From Nemertoderma westbladi (taxonomy: Eukaryota > Animalia > Xenacoelomorpha), in the NCBI GenBank assembly GCA_032718475.1, contig JAUCBJ010008015.1, positions 21,400-85,399 on the forward strand: a stretch of DNA of 64,000 nt. The letters are read 5' to 3'. The notes beneath the pieces are model-generated. The model did no database searches, had not been told where the DNA came from, and saw only the letters and a program-made list of their open reading frames with translations. Shown here piece after piece: positions 28,101 to 39,432 of the stretch. Numbering within the stretch: position 1 is the stretch's first letter; each line of letters starts with the position of its first letter. Both the position numbers and the translations under genes were made by a program.

Positions 28101-29868
28101 CAATTTGTAATTCACGACAGGTTTCGAGAGACAAGTAACAACCTGCTACATCGAAGCAAACTACAATTAATGCAATTGCATTGTGGTTTTTGATGCTGAC
28201 GTTTGCAACAAAGGTTCCAGCTTGTTCTAAAGTTGTTCCTCCTATTGATAATATTCTACAATTCAATTTTGGGCCAAGTGGAAAATTGTTTGCGAAGCTG
28301 GTCTCGTTGAATGTTTTAATACCCATTACATTAGCTCCTGCGCCTGTATCTGCTAATGCAATAACTTCAGAACTAAATAAACAATTTTCAGGTTGAATGT
28401 TGACTGCTATCAATGGTTGTATAGATTTTTCAATAACGGTTATTGTTAATTTATCGCCAATTGTTTGACAGGGTATTTTTGTATAGGTATTAATATTCAA
28501 ATTCGTATTATATTCATCTTCTTGTTCCTCATCGCTACTTTCAAAACAGATATTTTCATCATCATTATTTTCTTCTACCATATTAGCATTGGCAATGATT
28601 GCTTTGCTTGGACATACAGTTGTAAAATGTCCTAATCCACCACATGATATGCATTTTGCCTTGATTGCTGGACATTTATTAAACTGGTGGTTTGACTGAC
28701 CACATCTATTGCAACGGGGTTTGTTAGATAATTTTTCAGCATTTTTTCTCTCTTCTTTCTGTGATTCATTTCTATTTGTCTTTGTTCTGTCGAAATTTTT
28801 CCACTTCCGTTTAATATATTCCGTTTTTCCAGCATTTACAGATTTTGTATGAAATGTAAGACATTTGTTTGTAAAAGATTCAGCACTTTCATTTAAACTT
28901 TTTGAAGCCGCACGTGCCGATTCTAAAGAAGTAATGAATTTTCTGGAATCATTAAAATCGAGTGGAGGGTCTTTTGAAATTAATTTTTGATTGTCTTCCT
29001 CATCAGAAATGGCCAATATCAACAAGGCTGTGTGTAATCTGTCAGTTGTTACTTTCTCTGTGTTAGCGTATTCACCCAACTCCTGAATTTCATTGCAGAG
29101 GGATGTGTATGATTGGCCATGTTTTTGTCGAATGGATAGTAAAGCACGCCAATCTAAGTTGCAGTTTCGGAGGGAACGGAGATAATGAAGAATATTGTTG
29201 TGAATTTCTTCAACTTCTTCATCTGTGTCTGCTGGGATATTTAATGTTCTGTTAATGATTCTTAAAAAACCTGGGGAGCAACAATCCCAAAATGCAGCAA
29301 CTTGAGTTTCTCGGGAACGCAAATTGAATTCCATTAAACTGTGGTAATTACGCCATAATGGACGCCATTCTCTAAACTTTCTAAAATCAGTATCAGATTC
29401 TAGAATTGGTGGACGGCGAGGTGTTAATTTCGGAAAATCAGCTTGACTTCTTCTAGTACCGGTACTGCCTCCACCAACTGGGTGTGTAAATTGAACAGGA
29501 GTAGCAGCTGCAGCAGCAATTGCAATATCCCGTTGTTGTCGTGTTTTATCAGCTGCCTCAAAGGCTGATAATTTCTCTTGTGCTTGTAAAAGTTGTTCCT
29601 CGATGCTGTCAATGTCTTTATCTTCGTCACCATTGGATGCTTCAGGATGGCAAATTATAGTCATCTCACAGTCACGGAACCTTTGGAATTTCTTATCCCA
29701 ATCATTCATTCGAGTAAATATTGAGGAGGGATATCCACGTTCATCTATTGCCAACATTTCGTATTCCTGTATTGCTGACAATGCTGCATTTCGAGCTTTT
29801 GTGACAGCTGCTTTGAATCCTCGTTTAGATGCTTTTAAAGATTTTAAATCTGTATTTTTTAAATCCAT
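25144..29868 (-). CDS. Gag-Pol polyprotein (2 CCHC knuckles, protease, RT, RNase H, integrase)
   Basis: Single uninterrupted ORF (first ATG 29868): CNRCGQSNH..C and CISCGGLGH..C, ADTGA, LCVDL..LDFTKGYWQ..VIDD, TDAS..TDHKPL, H-H-C-C plus DDE integrase, in Gypsy domain order. Confidence 0.95.
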   Translation of the reverse strand: MDLKNTDLKSLKASKRGFKAAVTKARNAALSAIQEYEMLAIDERGYPSSIFTRMNDWDKKFQRFRDCEMTIICHPEASNGDEDKDIDSIEEQLLQAQEKLSAFEAADKTRQQRDIAIAAAAATPVQFTHPVGGGSTGTRRSQADFPKLTPRRPPILESDTDFRKFREWRPLWRNYHSLMEFNLRSRETQVAAFWDCCSPGFLRIINRTLNIPADTDEEVEEIHNNILHYLRSLRNCNLDWRALLSIRQKHGQSYTSLCNEIQELGEYANTEKVTTDRLHTALLILAISDEEDNQKLISKDPPLDFNDSRKFITSLESARAASKSLNESAESFTNKCLTFHTKSVNAGKTEYIKRKWKNFDRTKTNRNESQKEERKNAEKLSNKPRCNRCGQSNHQFNKCPAIKAKCISCGGLGHFTTVCPSKAIIANANMVEENNDDENICFESSDEEQEDEYNTNLNINTYTKIPCQTIGDKLTITVIEKSIQPLIAVNIQPENCLFSSEVIALADTGAGANVMGIKTFNETSFANNFPLGPKLNCRILSIGGTTLEQAGTFVANVSIKNHNAIALIVVCFDVAGCYLSLETCRELQIVSSHFPYPKNENTNINNIKKDTQPLSDVWSDRESWINDLPKNCSMDDQIILEINNKLKTIYSQVFHDSIELKTMKGGEVGSPMSISLKQDAVPYAIHTARQIPYALLDKVRKNIEYMIKSKIIESVGDIPTKWCHPLVVIPKPNGDVRLCVDLTKLNNQVQRTSYHTKTPAEAINGFTPTDKYFAKLDFTKGYWQMELDSTSQDLTVFITPFGKFKFLRSPMGFVSTGDSYSYRGDCALTGLNVNKVIDDVGIGAPTLQELVRIVCNVLERCTKHNITINKDKSILCSNKINFVGYSISHGSIRADKKKIDAISDFPTPCSRTDLRSFLGLTNQLGSFCKEIAAVASPLRQLLQTKNEFMWLQEHTNIFENLKKLLVSPPILGMFDPSAETSLQTDASRSHGLGFALLQKQDNEWRLIQCGSRFIRDVETRYAAVELEALAILWAIKKCHVYLAGLPSFQVITDHKPLVSLFNQYGLVDIENTRVLNYRSKLTPYSFTVCWKRGKEHFIPDALSRAPTSEPQEDDYFIDELIAEQSELIVNVAITSANEIPDLILDDLRENAQKDPDYRQLILAILNDFPSSIKSDYIEQFKNIKDELSLDDNLILRGCQIVIPPNSVKNILHRLHASHQGIEKTKRRARQTVYWPGYTYDIIKTIESCHDCQLYRPSQIQEPMIQRDIPPRAFVSVSTDFYEYAGQHYIIIADRYSGYTTTEKFVSHPSSTDTISVFKRYFSMTGIPNELSSDQGPQFASEEMQLFFKQWGITWSPSSPRYPKGNGHAEVNVKKMKYLLAKTGGDITSDEYIAGVIELLNTPNKDGLSPSQRVFGHPTRSLLPVHWQYYSADWQKSADKADCSRLRNAVKRQFYHDRSAVALTPIENGTTVLVQNPVTKRWDRLATVIDTSNHRRYRIKLESGRALYRNRLFLRPVQQELCGSEWKHTQRNTNANETNQMIPVQSDSSWNSVRRSTRQRVKPDKLIYKRLGSPK

Positions 29869-30480
29869 GCTTGTAGATGTAGGCCTACTGGCAATCAATT
29901 ATACATGTACAATTAGGGGAAATCAATATTTATAAATTCAATAATCCGCGTTGTACTACCGGTCTAGGTTGTACTGGTATTGGTATAGAGATATATTAGT
30001 GCAGTAGAACCGGCACGGCCATCCGATCGAGCCCTAGTACAGTGGCCTATTCCTGTATTCTGCTATTCGTAGCCAATCTGCCAATTGCAGTAAATGGGTA
30101 GGCCTACCTGCCTACCTATCTCCTCAGTGGTCTTTTCTTTAGTATAAATATCTGACTGTCTGAAACAACCGATGTCAGAATAACAGAATAATGTAATAAC
30201 TAGAAACTGCAAAACGGATCTGTTTTGCTGTTCAACTCTTGAGCCATAGTGATCCTGCTGGATACTGGGCTAATCCAGTAATCTGCTAATAACAGAATGA
30301 ATTGGAAACAATGTGATTCGGTACCGGTATCGTCGCTTACCGCAGGGCTGCAGACCGCGCGTTATTTACCGCCTACCGTCAGACCATTAAGTTCAGAAGT
30401 TGTAATTAAGCAATTACAGTATAAGATGAAGCTAACTGTAGCCTGTAGCCGCTATTGTAGATTCATAAATCGCAGCGCCA

Positions 30481-30655
30481 TGGTATGTTCTGCCATAGGC
30501 AGTCAACTGAACAATAAATAGCAATGTTCCAACCAGATATGTTATATTGCAGTATGGACTAAATGATACCGGTAGTAGTAAAGTACCCCAGTAGGAATCG
30601 ACTTAGGTCCTACTAAGGTTTGTAATGACCTCCACCATTATATTAATATCTCCCA
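30481..30655 (-). repeat. 5' LTR of Gypsy element
   Basis: Identical by eye to 24846-25020; followed on the minus strand by the PBS. Confidence 0.95.
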
Positions 30656-31061
30656 TATATATTGATCGTTTTTGTGATAAGTTACATACTTCGAACTCGC
30701 AATTTGGCTTTAAGCAAAATTACGGCACCGAACTCTGTATCTTCACTTTGAAAGAAATTATTCAGCATTATCTTGAAAATGATTCAGCAGTTTACGTGTG
30801 TTTTATTGACTCATCAAAAGCTTTTGATTTAGTAAATCATTACACACTTTTTAAAAAACTTATAGATAGGGGCATACCGTTGTTTTATATTCGGCCGATT
30901 AAATTTTGGTACAAATTTCAACAATTAGGTGTACTTTGGGGTGGTTTTATTTTTAACTATTTTCATGTTTCTAACGGGACCAAACAAGGTGGTATTTTAT
31001 CTCCGTATTTATATAGCGTATATCTTGATGACCTGAGTAGGGAATTAAATAACAGTAATGT
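30656..31061 (+). mobile_element. Non-LTR retrotransposon ORF2, part 2 (RT core)
   Basis: Resumes in frame: YIDRF..QFGFK..FIDSSKAFDLV..NGTKQGGILSPYLY..ELNNSNV. Confidence 0.9.
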
Positions 31062-31157
31062 GGGGCGAGCCACGAAGTTGGCGGAGCCTTAGCGAATTGA
31101 CACTGTTAGGGGGTGGGTCAATTTATGCAAATAGTTGTCGTCGTCGTCGTCGTCGTT

Positions 31158-31253
<96 letters not shown>

Positions 31254-31257
31254 GTCG

Positions 31258-31289
<32 letters not shown>

Positions 31290-32478
31290 GTCGTTACGAT
31301 TTTGACATGCTAATAACTTTGTCGGATTTAAAGCTGCCAAGTTGAAAATTTGTAGGTATCAATATGAGCAAAAGTTGAGATTTTTGAGAGACTTTCAGAC
31401 ACCATCAGTGCAATGGTCTCCCGCTAGAGGGCCACATGTCTAAACATTAAATGCCCTCCCATTTCTTTGCTTTTAATCCGTTTAAGCTGAAACTTGGCAG
31501 ATATGTATTAGACCATTAGCTGTGACTTTCAAAGGAGGCGAATCCATCTGCAGTTCTCCAGTCTGCCGCTAGAGGGCCAAAGGTCTGAAAGTGAAATCGT
31601 TGTCGTCGTTACAATTTTGACATGCTAATAACTTTGTCGGATTTAAAGCTGCCAAGTTGAAAATTTGTAGGTATCAATATGAGCTAAAGTTTAGATTTTT
31701 GAGAGACTTTCAGACACCATCAGTGCAATGGTCTCCCGCTAGAGGGCTACATGTCTAAACATTAAATGCCCTCCCATTTCTTTGCTTTTAATCCGTTTAA
31801 GCTGAAACTTTGCAGTAAACTTGGAAACTTGGAAATATGTATTAGACCATTAGCTGTGACTTTCAAAGGAGGCGAATCCATCTGCAGTTCTCCAGTCTGC
31901 CGCTAGAGGGCCAAATGTCTGAAAGTGAAATCGTTGTCGTCGTTATGATATTGATTTCCTTTAACTTTGTCGAATTTAAAGCTGCCAAGTTGAAAATTTG
32001 TTTTGTTGAAAATCAGTTCAACAGTCACCCGCTATAGGACTACTTTATGCCTGAAAGTGAATAGATTCTCCCGTCTCATTGATTTTAATCAGTTTAAGCT
32101 GAATCTTGCCATATATTCTGGACCACATGCTGCGTCTTTGTGGGGGGGGGGGGGGGGGAGATTTAATCGGTCTGCCGCTATACGACGAAATTTCTGAAAG
32201 TGAGATCCGTCTCTCATTTCGTTATCCGTTATTCAAGATGAAACTTGGCCGATGTACGTATGTACTATTCATCCATAGGCTGTGTCTTTGTGGGGCTGGA
32301 GACCCTAATCCATCTTCAGTTCTCACTATACCGCTAGAGTCAGAAATGTCTGAATAGAAATGAAAGAGGTAAAAAGTGATTAGGCGAAATCTGCTTAAAA
32401 TTTGCTAATACAGTAATACTTTCGAATTAGTACTTAAATTAAATTTAAGTCACGTGCTGCGCGAAGGCCCCACTTCGT
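31062..32478 (+). mobile_element. Non-autonomous element inserted in the LINE RT, Helentron-associated (HINE/DINE-1-like) architecture
   Basis: Splits LINE codons N-V|G-C. Short subterminal inverted motif ACGAAGT/ACTTCGT, a (GTC)n microsatellite near the 5' end, and internal ~310-330-bp direct repeats with CCGCTAGAGGGCCA. The 3' end recurs at ~39310-39432. Confidence 0.65.
31134..31295. repeat. (GTC)n microsatellite
   Basis: About 54 GTC/GTT triplets. Confidence 0.95.
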
Positions 32479-32997
32479 GTAGGTTGTATGATGTCTGGTG
32501 TCCGCTCTAATCATATGATGTATGCCGATGATTTGTCTATGTTTTCAAATTCGATTACTGGACTGCAAAAACTGCTACATATTTTTGAAAAATATGCACT
32601 TCTACATTCGATTACGGTTAATCTTAAAAAATCCAAATGCATGTATTATTTCCCTAAATCGTGTAAAAACTCAAATGTAGGACAAGTATCTTTAAATATT
32701 AATAAGTTAACAATAGTGCACGAGATTAAATATTTAGGTCATATACTTTGCGATAATACAGACGATAATTCGGATATTCATAATCAATTAAGATCATTTT
32801 ATAAACGTGCTAATACCATTATTAAAAAATTTGCAAATTGTACTACAGCCGTAAAAGTTAAATTATTTCGATGTTTTTGTACTCAATTTTATTGTAACGC
32901 TTTGTGGTCTAGATTAAATTACTCTGCTTCTGTGCATAATAAATTAAGAGTAGCATATAATACAGCGGACAGACGCTTTTTCGGTAAAATTGTTTAG
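32479..32997 (+). mobile_element. Non-LTR retrotransposon ORF2, part 3 (YADD and C-terminal region)
   Basis: VGCMMSGVRSNHMMYADDL..IKYLGH..KLRVAYN. Confidence 0.9.
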
Positions 32998-32999
32998 TG

Positions 33000-33200
33000 A
33001 TCGACCTTGTTTCCATGAGGTTGCCGTGAGGACCAGCCAGTGCATAATCTTGTACTTTAGCAGCCTCATGGAGTGAATAAGCATGGTGGACAGTCCATGA
33101 CTTTCTTGAGACGCATCTTAAAGGACACTGGCCTTGAAGATGCGGATGATCTAGCAAACGTCATGGGTGATAGGGAGTTGTGGCGTCGCAATTTTGTCGA
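33000..33200 (+). mobile_element. Possible 3' fragment of an RTE-type LINE
   Basis: Translates TFLRRILKDTGLEDADDLANVMGDRELWRR, resembling the D-R-x-x-W-R C-terminus of RTE ORFs. Confidence 0.45.
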
Positions 33201-33255
33201 TAAGCCGGCACAGCATTCTCAAAAATGCAGCTGCAATGCAGCATGCCGATCCTAG
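33201..33255 (+). mobile_element. Short Helitron/Helentron-like remnant, copy 2
   Basis: Matches 16228-16282 with about 2 differences; hairpin followed by CTAG|T. Confidence 0.5.
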
Positions 33256-34179
33256 TAGTTGTTTTCATGGATTTGAGGGCACTTTTAATTTTCCAGTTTT
33301 TATTTCTCAACTATTTCATGATAAATATCATTGCGGCGGGAAGTTTCGGGAACATTATATAATAACTGAAGATTAAATAAAGGGCATTAAAATTAATTAT
33401 TGGCTTGCGATTTGAAAATATTTGAATACCTTTTAATATATTTTTATTATATGTCTCAGTGCAATATCTTCATACATAAATACATTCTTGGCGTTTTTCT
33501 GTTTCTTCTTAATCTTACAAGTACGAAGTCACAACTATTTCAGCGAAAAAATAACATTTCAACATTACAATGGAAACTGATATACAGAGAGAACAACATA
33601 CTGACATAGTAAAAGGTGAAAAAGAAAGAATAATAAAGGATTGAATTGTGAATTTGAGACATAAATGTGATTGGACCATATTTATATCATCTTTTACTCC
33701 ATAATAATAAAAATGTGAAAACATTATGTATATACAACGATATGATCTTCTGTAACATTATTTACACATAATTTAATAAATTTAATAAATGCCGCACTTT
33801 AATAACCACTGTTGACCTTGATACTAAAAGTAACTCAATTTAAATAAAATGTTATGTGAGAATCCGTCATAATGCCACGGAGACAGAATCATTATTGAAA
33901 AAAAACAGAAACATATTAACCGAATATTATGCAGCTTTAAGAATAATTAATGAAATTATCCGTCTACAATAAATGCCGAAATATTAAATTAGCAACATAA
34001 ATTTCAGAAAAATAACTATCGGAATTTATATAATATATATAAATCTTTCACTCAACAAATTATTAAACAATTTTAATTAATATATAATTAATATGGCACC
34101 TTTATAGCTGGAAATGTGATAATTAAATTCTGGAATAATACAAGATTAAGCGAAAGTGAAGTAAATAGACTTGTGCGGT

Positions 34180-34712
34180 TCATTTATTATCAACAATAAA
34201 GCCATCGACGTACTTCCGAATCGGAGCTAATTTCCGACGCAATTCGCCTCCGACACTATCCGATCTCATATAGTCAACCGGCGGTTTCTGCGAAGGTTTG
34301 GCTACTTCGTCTGCTGACTGCACTGTTGGTTCAGTATGATCAGTCGCAGGCGGTGTTGGTGAGTGTCGTGTATCTGATTGGTCTGAAGACATTCTCGGCG
34401 GTTGTCCGTTCTCTGATTGGTTATCAGATACACTAGGTTGCGGTCCGTTCTCTGATTGGTTATCAGATACACTAGGTTGTGGTCCGTTCTCTGATTGGTT
34501 ATCCGATACACTAGGTTGTGGTCCGTTCTCTGATTGGTTATCAGAGACTAGAGGCTTGTCATCCACATGTGATTGGTCGACAGATTGACTTGCTTGGTCC
34601 ACTTCTCGGGATGGTTCAACGTTTTGTTTCTCAGTTTCTTTTATTACCGGTTTCTCAGACACGGGAATAACTATGTTCTCGGGAATTTGTGACGGTGGTT
34701 GTTGCTCAGCAA
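34180..34712 (-). CDS. Gene A probable last coding exon (disordered cytoplasmic tail)
   Basis: ttttcag|TT GCT GAG..; phase 1 joins exon 40175 (G+TT = Val). AEQQPPSQIPE...IRKYVDGFIVDNK*; contains four 39-bp repeats. Confidence 0.7.
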
Positions 34713-35445
34713 CTGAAAATAACAAGACAATACAAAAAACAATCTGTTTAGTGTACACAATAACGCAGACTGTATAAATGTTGTTCTACCACAATATATG
34801 TAAGTACAACTAACCAACCAACCAAACAAACAAATAATAGTATCTTACACTAATTGCAGAGTCAATTTGTAGGGTTACTATTACTGTGTTCACCTAATAT
34901 CGGTTCAGTAATGTTGGCCTACATACAGGTAGGCACGCAACATACCGAATACAGAATCATCTATATTTTCCACAACCCTATCCGAGTGATTTATTCGAGG
35001 GTCTTCAACTTTAATTGGCTCAATGATTTCTATATCGATAACTTTATCGCCAGATTTCGAATGCTTTCGGTGGGCTCTTAGTAACTCATCTAAAAGATTA
35101 ATTGTTTTCTAAGAATACAAACACCGTGGGGAATATAACGACGGCAGAGTAGTTTTTCGAGTTTAGATGCGGATTCTATTAGACAGTGTAACACCAATTA
35201 TTGTTTCAGTGAAGTCCATATAATGATAATAATTTAGCGAAAATTATTCAAGATAAGTTAGTTTAAATAGAAAATGGCAGTTAAGCTGTGAGGAGGCCTA
35301 CCATTAAGCCCGAACCCTAAATGCTCAGTTAGTCTTTAAATTTAGTATCAATGATTTATAATATATTTATAATTAAACTAAATGTTTCAAATCGCCAAAA
35401 AGAATAGAAAAAACAATTCAGTTAATAAGACCTTAATGTAGTAAG

Positions 35446-35690
35446 CGGCGGGGTAGCTCAGTTGGTTGAGCACCGGGCCTGCAATCTAATGGTTGTAGGT
35501 TCAGCCCCGCCAGGTTCCACTCAGCCTTTCATCCACTGGGGTCGATAAAATGAGTACCAGTTAAATAACTGGGAGCAAATCTTGGGATAGGAGTAGCGCC
35601 CACCCCTACCCTCGGGTAGCAGCTATCGAAAGAGGAGCCTTCGGGTCACCTCCGGCTTCGGCCGACTGTTTACTTGCTTTGCTTTGCTTG
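35446..35690 (+). mobile_element. tRNA-derived SINE, full-length copy
   Basis: GGCGGGGTAGCTCAGTTGGTTGAGC A-box, GGTTCAGCCCC B-box-like motif, conserved-looking core CTCAGCCTTTCATCC..GGGGTCGATAAAATGAGTACCAG, and (TTGCT)n tail. Confidence 0.85.
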
Positions 35691-35987
35691 CTAATGTAGT
35701 AATCCTACTGTACAAGTTGCCATGTTGGTTAGAGCGCCTGTCTTCCAATCGGAATGCCGTGAGTTCGAGCCCCAGATAAGGAACAGCTTCCTCCCTCTCC
35801 TGTCACATCCGTTGATAACTTTAGTTTACTTTTAGGTTACACTGTTGCCGAACAGTGAGGATTACGATATTTATCGTATAAGTGAGGAGATTTAAGGCGA
35901 GGGTGAGACTAGAGACGCAGATTGCATGAATATTATAGCGGAACGTGCAAAAGGTGGAACTAAAAGCAGGCGTGAAACAGCAATAAT

Positions 35988-38345
35988 TTGTTTTGTGCAG
36001 AAGTAAATCATAAATTAGATATTGAAAAGTACGCACTTGATTTATTGCAAGTTATTGAAAGCTGTGCAGTAGACTGTTTATCTAATAGAAATGATAAGAA
36101 TGGTGCTGGTACATTTGATAGGCCTATGCTCCCAGGTTGGAATGAAAATGTTAAACCTTTCCGTGACGAGTCAATCTTTTGGCATAGTGTCTGGGTGTCT
36201 GCTGGGTGTCCGAATGTTTCTCAAAATGCACATCTATTTCATATGCGTAGAGTTACAAGGGCTCAGTTTAAATATGCTGTGCGACGGTTGAAACGCGCTT
36301 CTGATAACATTCAGCGAGACAAATTACTGCAAGCCTGTTTGAGAAACAATCAACAGATATTCGAGGAGATTAAGAAGCTGCGTCGGGTGTCGCCTGTAGT
36401 TAGTTCTAGAATAGATGACTGTGTTGACTCACAGTCAATAGCTGATCGCTTTGCTTCAATTTACTCCACATTGTTTAATCAACCTTATAACTCAAATTTG
36501 GAAGGTTTACGGCAGCAGATTCATGAGAAATTGGACAGTTGTGATAGGGATGCATTGCCGCTTATAACTTCAGAGCTAGTTTGGGAGGCTATGAATAAGC
36601 TTAAAAGTTCTAAGACAGATGTAGCCTTTGGATTTGATTCGGACTGCTTAATCAATGCGGGCCCGGAATTTAGAGAGCAATTAGTTAGGTTATTTAACTT
36701 GTTTCTTGTTCATGGTTTTGTACCTCAATTTCTTCTGACTTGCGTTATATTACCTTTAATTAAAGATAAGCTGGGTGATCAAGCCGTCTCTAGTAACTAC
36801 CGTGCAATAGCTTTGTCATCATTGTTAATCAAACTATTTGAATGGGTAATGTTGCTGTCACAATCTGAATGCCTTTCATTGGATGAGCTGCAGTTCGGTT
36901 TTCAGTCTGGTACGGGGACAAGCCAGTGCTCGTGGGTGGCCTCAGAGGTGATTGGTCATTACTCCAGGTACAATACACCAGTATATGGGAGTCTACTTGA
37001 CCTCACAAAGGCATTCGATATGGTCGAGTGGTGTAAACTATTCTTGGAACTGATCAAAAAGGGTTTCTCTCCATTATTCCTACGTACCCTACTGTGGATA
37101 TATTCCAATCAATCCTGTTGTGTCCGTTGGAATGAAACTTTATCGTCTCCTTTCGGTATTTCTAATGGTGTAAAACAGGGATCTGTGGCCTCGCCAATTC
37201 TTTTTTGCATTCTTCTCAACTCGCTCCTTGTGCGTCTGCGAGAGGCAGGTGTAGGATGCTGGATAGGCACATATTTCTTGGGTGCACTAGCATACGCGGA
37301 TGATATTTTCTTGTTGTGCCCATCTCTGTGCGGCCTTCAGTTTATGGTTTCATTATGCGAAAGATTTGCACAAGATAATGATTTAGTTTTCAGTACAAAG
37401 GTAACTCCAGAGAAGTCTAAATCGAAATGTATTGCATTCAGCAACTCGACGCGTTGGAGGGAACCTGCTGCCAGAATACATTTAAATGGTCACGATTTGC
37501 CATGGGTTCGTGAGGCAGTTCATTTGGGGCATGTTTTTGATTTTCGCAATAGTATGGTGTCTGATGTACTGAAAAAACGCGGCCAATTAATAGGTAAATT
37601 AAATGCACTAAGACAAGAGTTTTATTTTTCTGATCCTTATTTATTGTGCGATATCCAGCGGATTTACGCAACTTGTCTTTTTGGGAGTAATCTATGGGAC
37701 CTTTTTTCAGACAGTACATCTAGAATTTATACATCGTGGAATATTAATATTAGATTAATATTCAGATTACCTTACAATACACATAGATTTATTGTAGAGA
37801 ATTTGGTACCTTTTAAGCATCCGTGCGTAATGTTGCAAACTCGTTATGTTAAATTTGTTAACTCTTTACTCACATCTAATAAACGTATTATACGATTTTT
37901 GGCTGAATTGTGCGTTTTTGATTGTAGGACACGTTCGGGCACAAATTTACGAAATATTGGTAACCGGTGTAACATATATAATTTACGTTCTCTGGTCCCA
38001 AGGTTTGCTAATAGTTTGAGTTATGCACATGTGCCTGTTGGTAATGAATGGCGGGTTCCTTTGTTACAAGAACTTATTAATTGTCGGTTAAATAACGCTA
38101 GTGTTCCCGGTTTTGATTCTCTTGAACTAGATAATATTATAAATTTTGCTGCCACTGCATGATTCTTCTCTTAGTTTGTTGGTTAGGGTTTAATACACTT
38201 ACATTTTACCAATATTTTGTCTTGTTTCTGTTTCAGTCTGTGCTTTTGTTATTTTATAGTTTAGGTGGTCGATTTGTGCACATTAATTACGGTGTACCAA
38301 ACTATATTTTGTTTGTGTATAAAATTAAATTAAAAAAAAAAAAAA
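35988..38345 (+). mobile_element. 5'-truncated non-LTR retrotransposon with intact RT region, 3' UTR and A-tail
   Basis: 724-aa ORF (to 38162) with PGWN, NYRAIAL, QFGF, DLTKAFD, NGVKQG and YADD; no endonuclease; A-run at ~38332-38345. Same general family as the LINE at 23.6-33 kb; antisense in the gene A intron. Confidence 0.9.
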
Positions 38346-39309
38346 TAATAATTCTAGAACGCTCGCGATACGTGTTTCCATGGCTACCACATTAGATGGG
38401 CAATTAATAAATACCCTAGCTTTGTTATAAATATGGAAATTTGAAGATAAATATTTATTCACCAGTAAAGATTCAAATTATGAAATCATGACAACTTCAT
38501 CTAAAGTTTTCTGATTAGAACTTCTAATACCCAGTGATGCAGGTGTTAAAAAAAGTGGTAGTTCTGGGGGATTTAATCACTGCAAGTGTTGGCGGGTTAC
38601 AACAGTAGTTACTCTCTATTTTAAAGAAAGTGGACATACAGATAGAGTCTTAGCGAAGTGGTACTTTATGCATATTGTATTCAACCGGTTTTCGGTAGAC
38701 CGACAAAAATAAGAAACACAACAAGGAAGGCAACACCCCCCACCCGCCCCGCAACTAACATCCGCACAAATACGAAATAAAACAAAACACAAATACGAAA
38801 CACCATTTTCATTTGATAACATTGTTTCTATGATTTTTGATCTCTCCCACTCCCACCACCAGTGATGCACCCATGCTACCTACCTGTTGTAGGTGGGGGT
38901 TGGTTGCTTGACCCAGAAACGATGTAGTAAATGGCTGCTTGATTCCCAGTGATTTACATACCCGTGATAGTTTATTTAATGCGACCGTGTTTGGATGTGT
39001 TTTCAAATAGATGCGAAACAGATTGTTTTTGTATTTATTATATCTCGTCTCGTCGAAATATCAATGTTAATTACCAATTACGGGAAAGAACCACGTTACA
39101 TAGACACGTAATTCTAACCAAAACAATAAACGAAAGATACAGTTTTATATTTGTAATTCGGAATTGTGTGGGTCGGAATTGCCCCGGTCGGAATTGTCCG
39201 TACAAATTTAAATTTGTCCGTACACCTTTTACCTTTACCTTTATATCAGCTGATATTTGTTCCGCCCCTCAACTGAGCTCAGACTGAGGTTTTATTAAAC
39301 CGTCAGCAG

Positions 39310-39432
39310 TTACCCAGTCTGCCGCTAGGGAGTAAAAGTGATTAGGAGAAATCTGCTTATATTTTGCTTATAATTTTTTCGAGTTGACAATTAACATTAA
39401 TTTATTTCACGTGCCTCGCGAAGGCACTTCGA
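39310..39432 (+). mobile_element. 3' fragment of the HINE-like family
   Basis: CAGTCTGCCGCTAG..GTAAAAGTGATTAGG.GAAATCTGCTTA..TCACGTGC..GCGAAGGC.CTTCG matches 32330-32478. Confidence 0.6.

Larger units (their letters stand above)
24846..30655 (-). mobile_element. Full-length Ty3/Gypsy LTR retrotransposon (Mag-like)
   Basis: 175-bp TG...CA LTRs at 24846-25020 and 30481-30655; TATAT target-site duplication (24841-24845, 30656-30660); PBS TGGCGCTGCG directly inside the 5' LTR; purine tract GAAAGGGAGT before the 3' LTR. Confidence 0.95.

Noticed and set aside
31058-31345. Poly-Arg/Asp/Val ORFs
   Set aside because: Translations of the (GTC)n microsatellite.
22507-34712. Genes A and B as one fused gene
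   Set aside because: Gene A's tail exon reaches a stop at 34180, and a cytoplasmic tail joined to Ig/HormR domains is topologically implausible; a possible GTACGT donor near 34212 could not be linked to any exon.
35446-35520. Functional tRNA gene (also tRNA-like bits at ~35725-35780 and ~44190-44232)
   Set aside because: Degenerate B-box and stems; the first continues into a SINE body repeated at 28-250, and the others are short decayed fragments.
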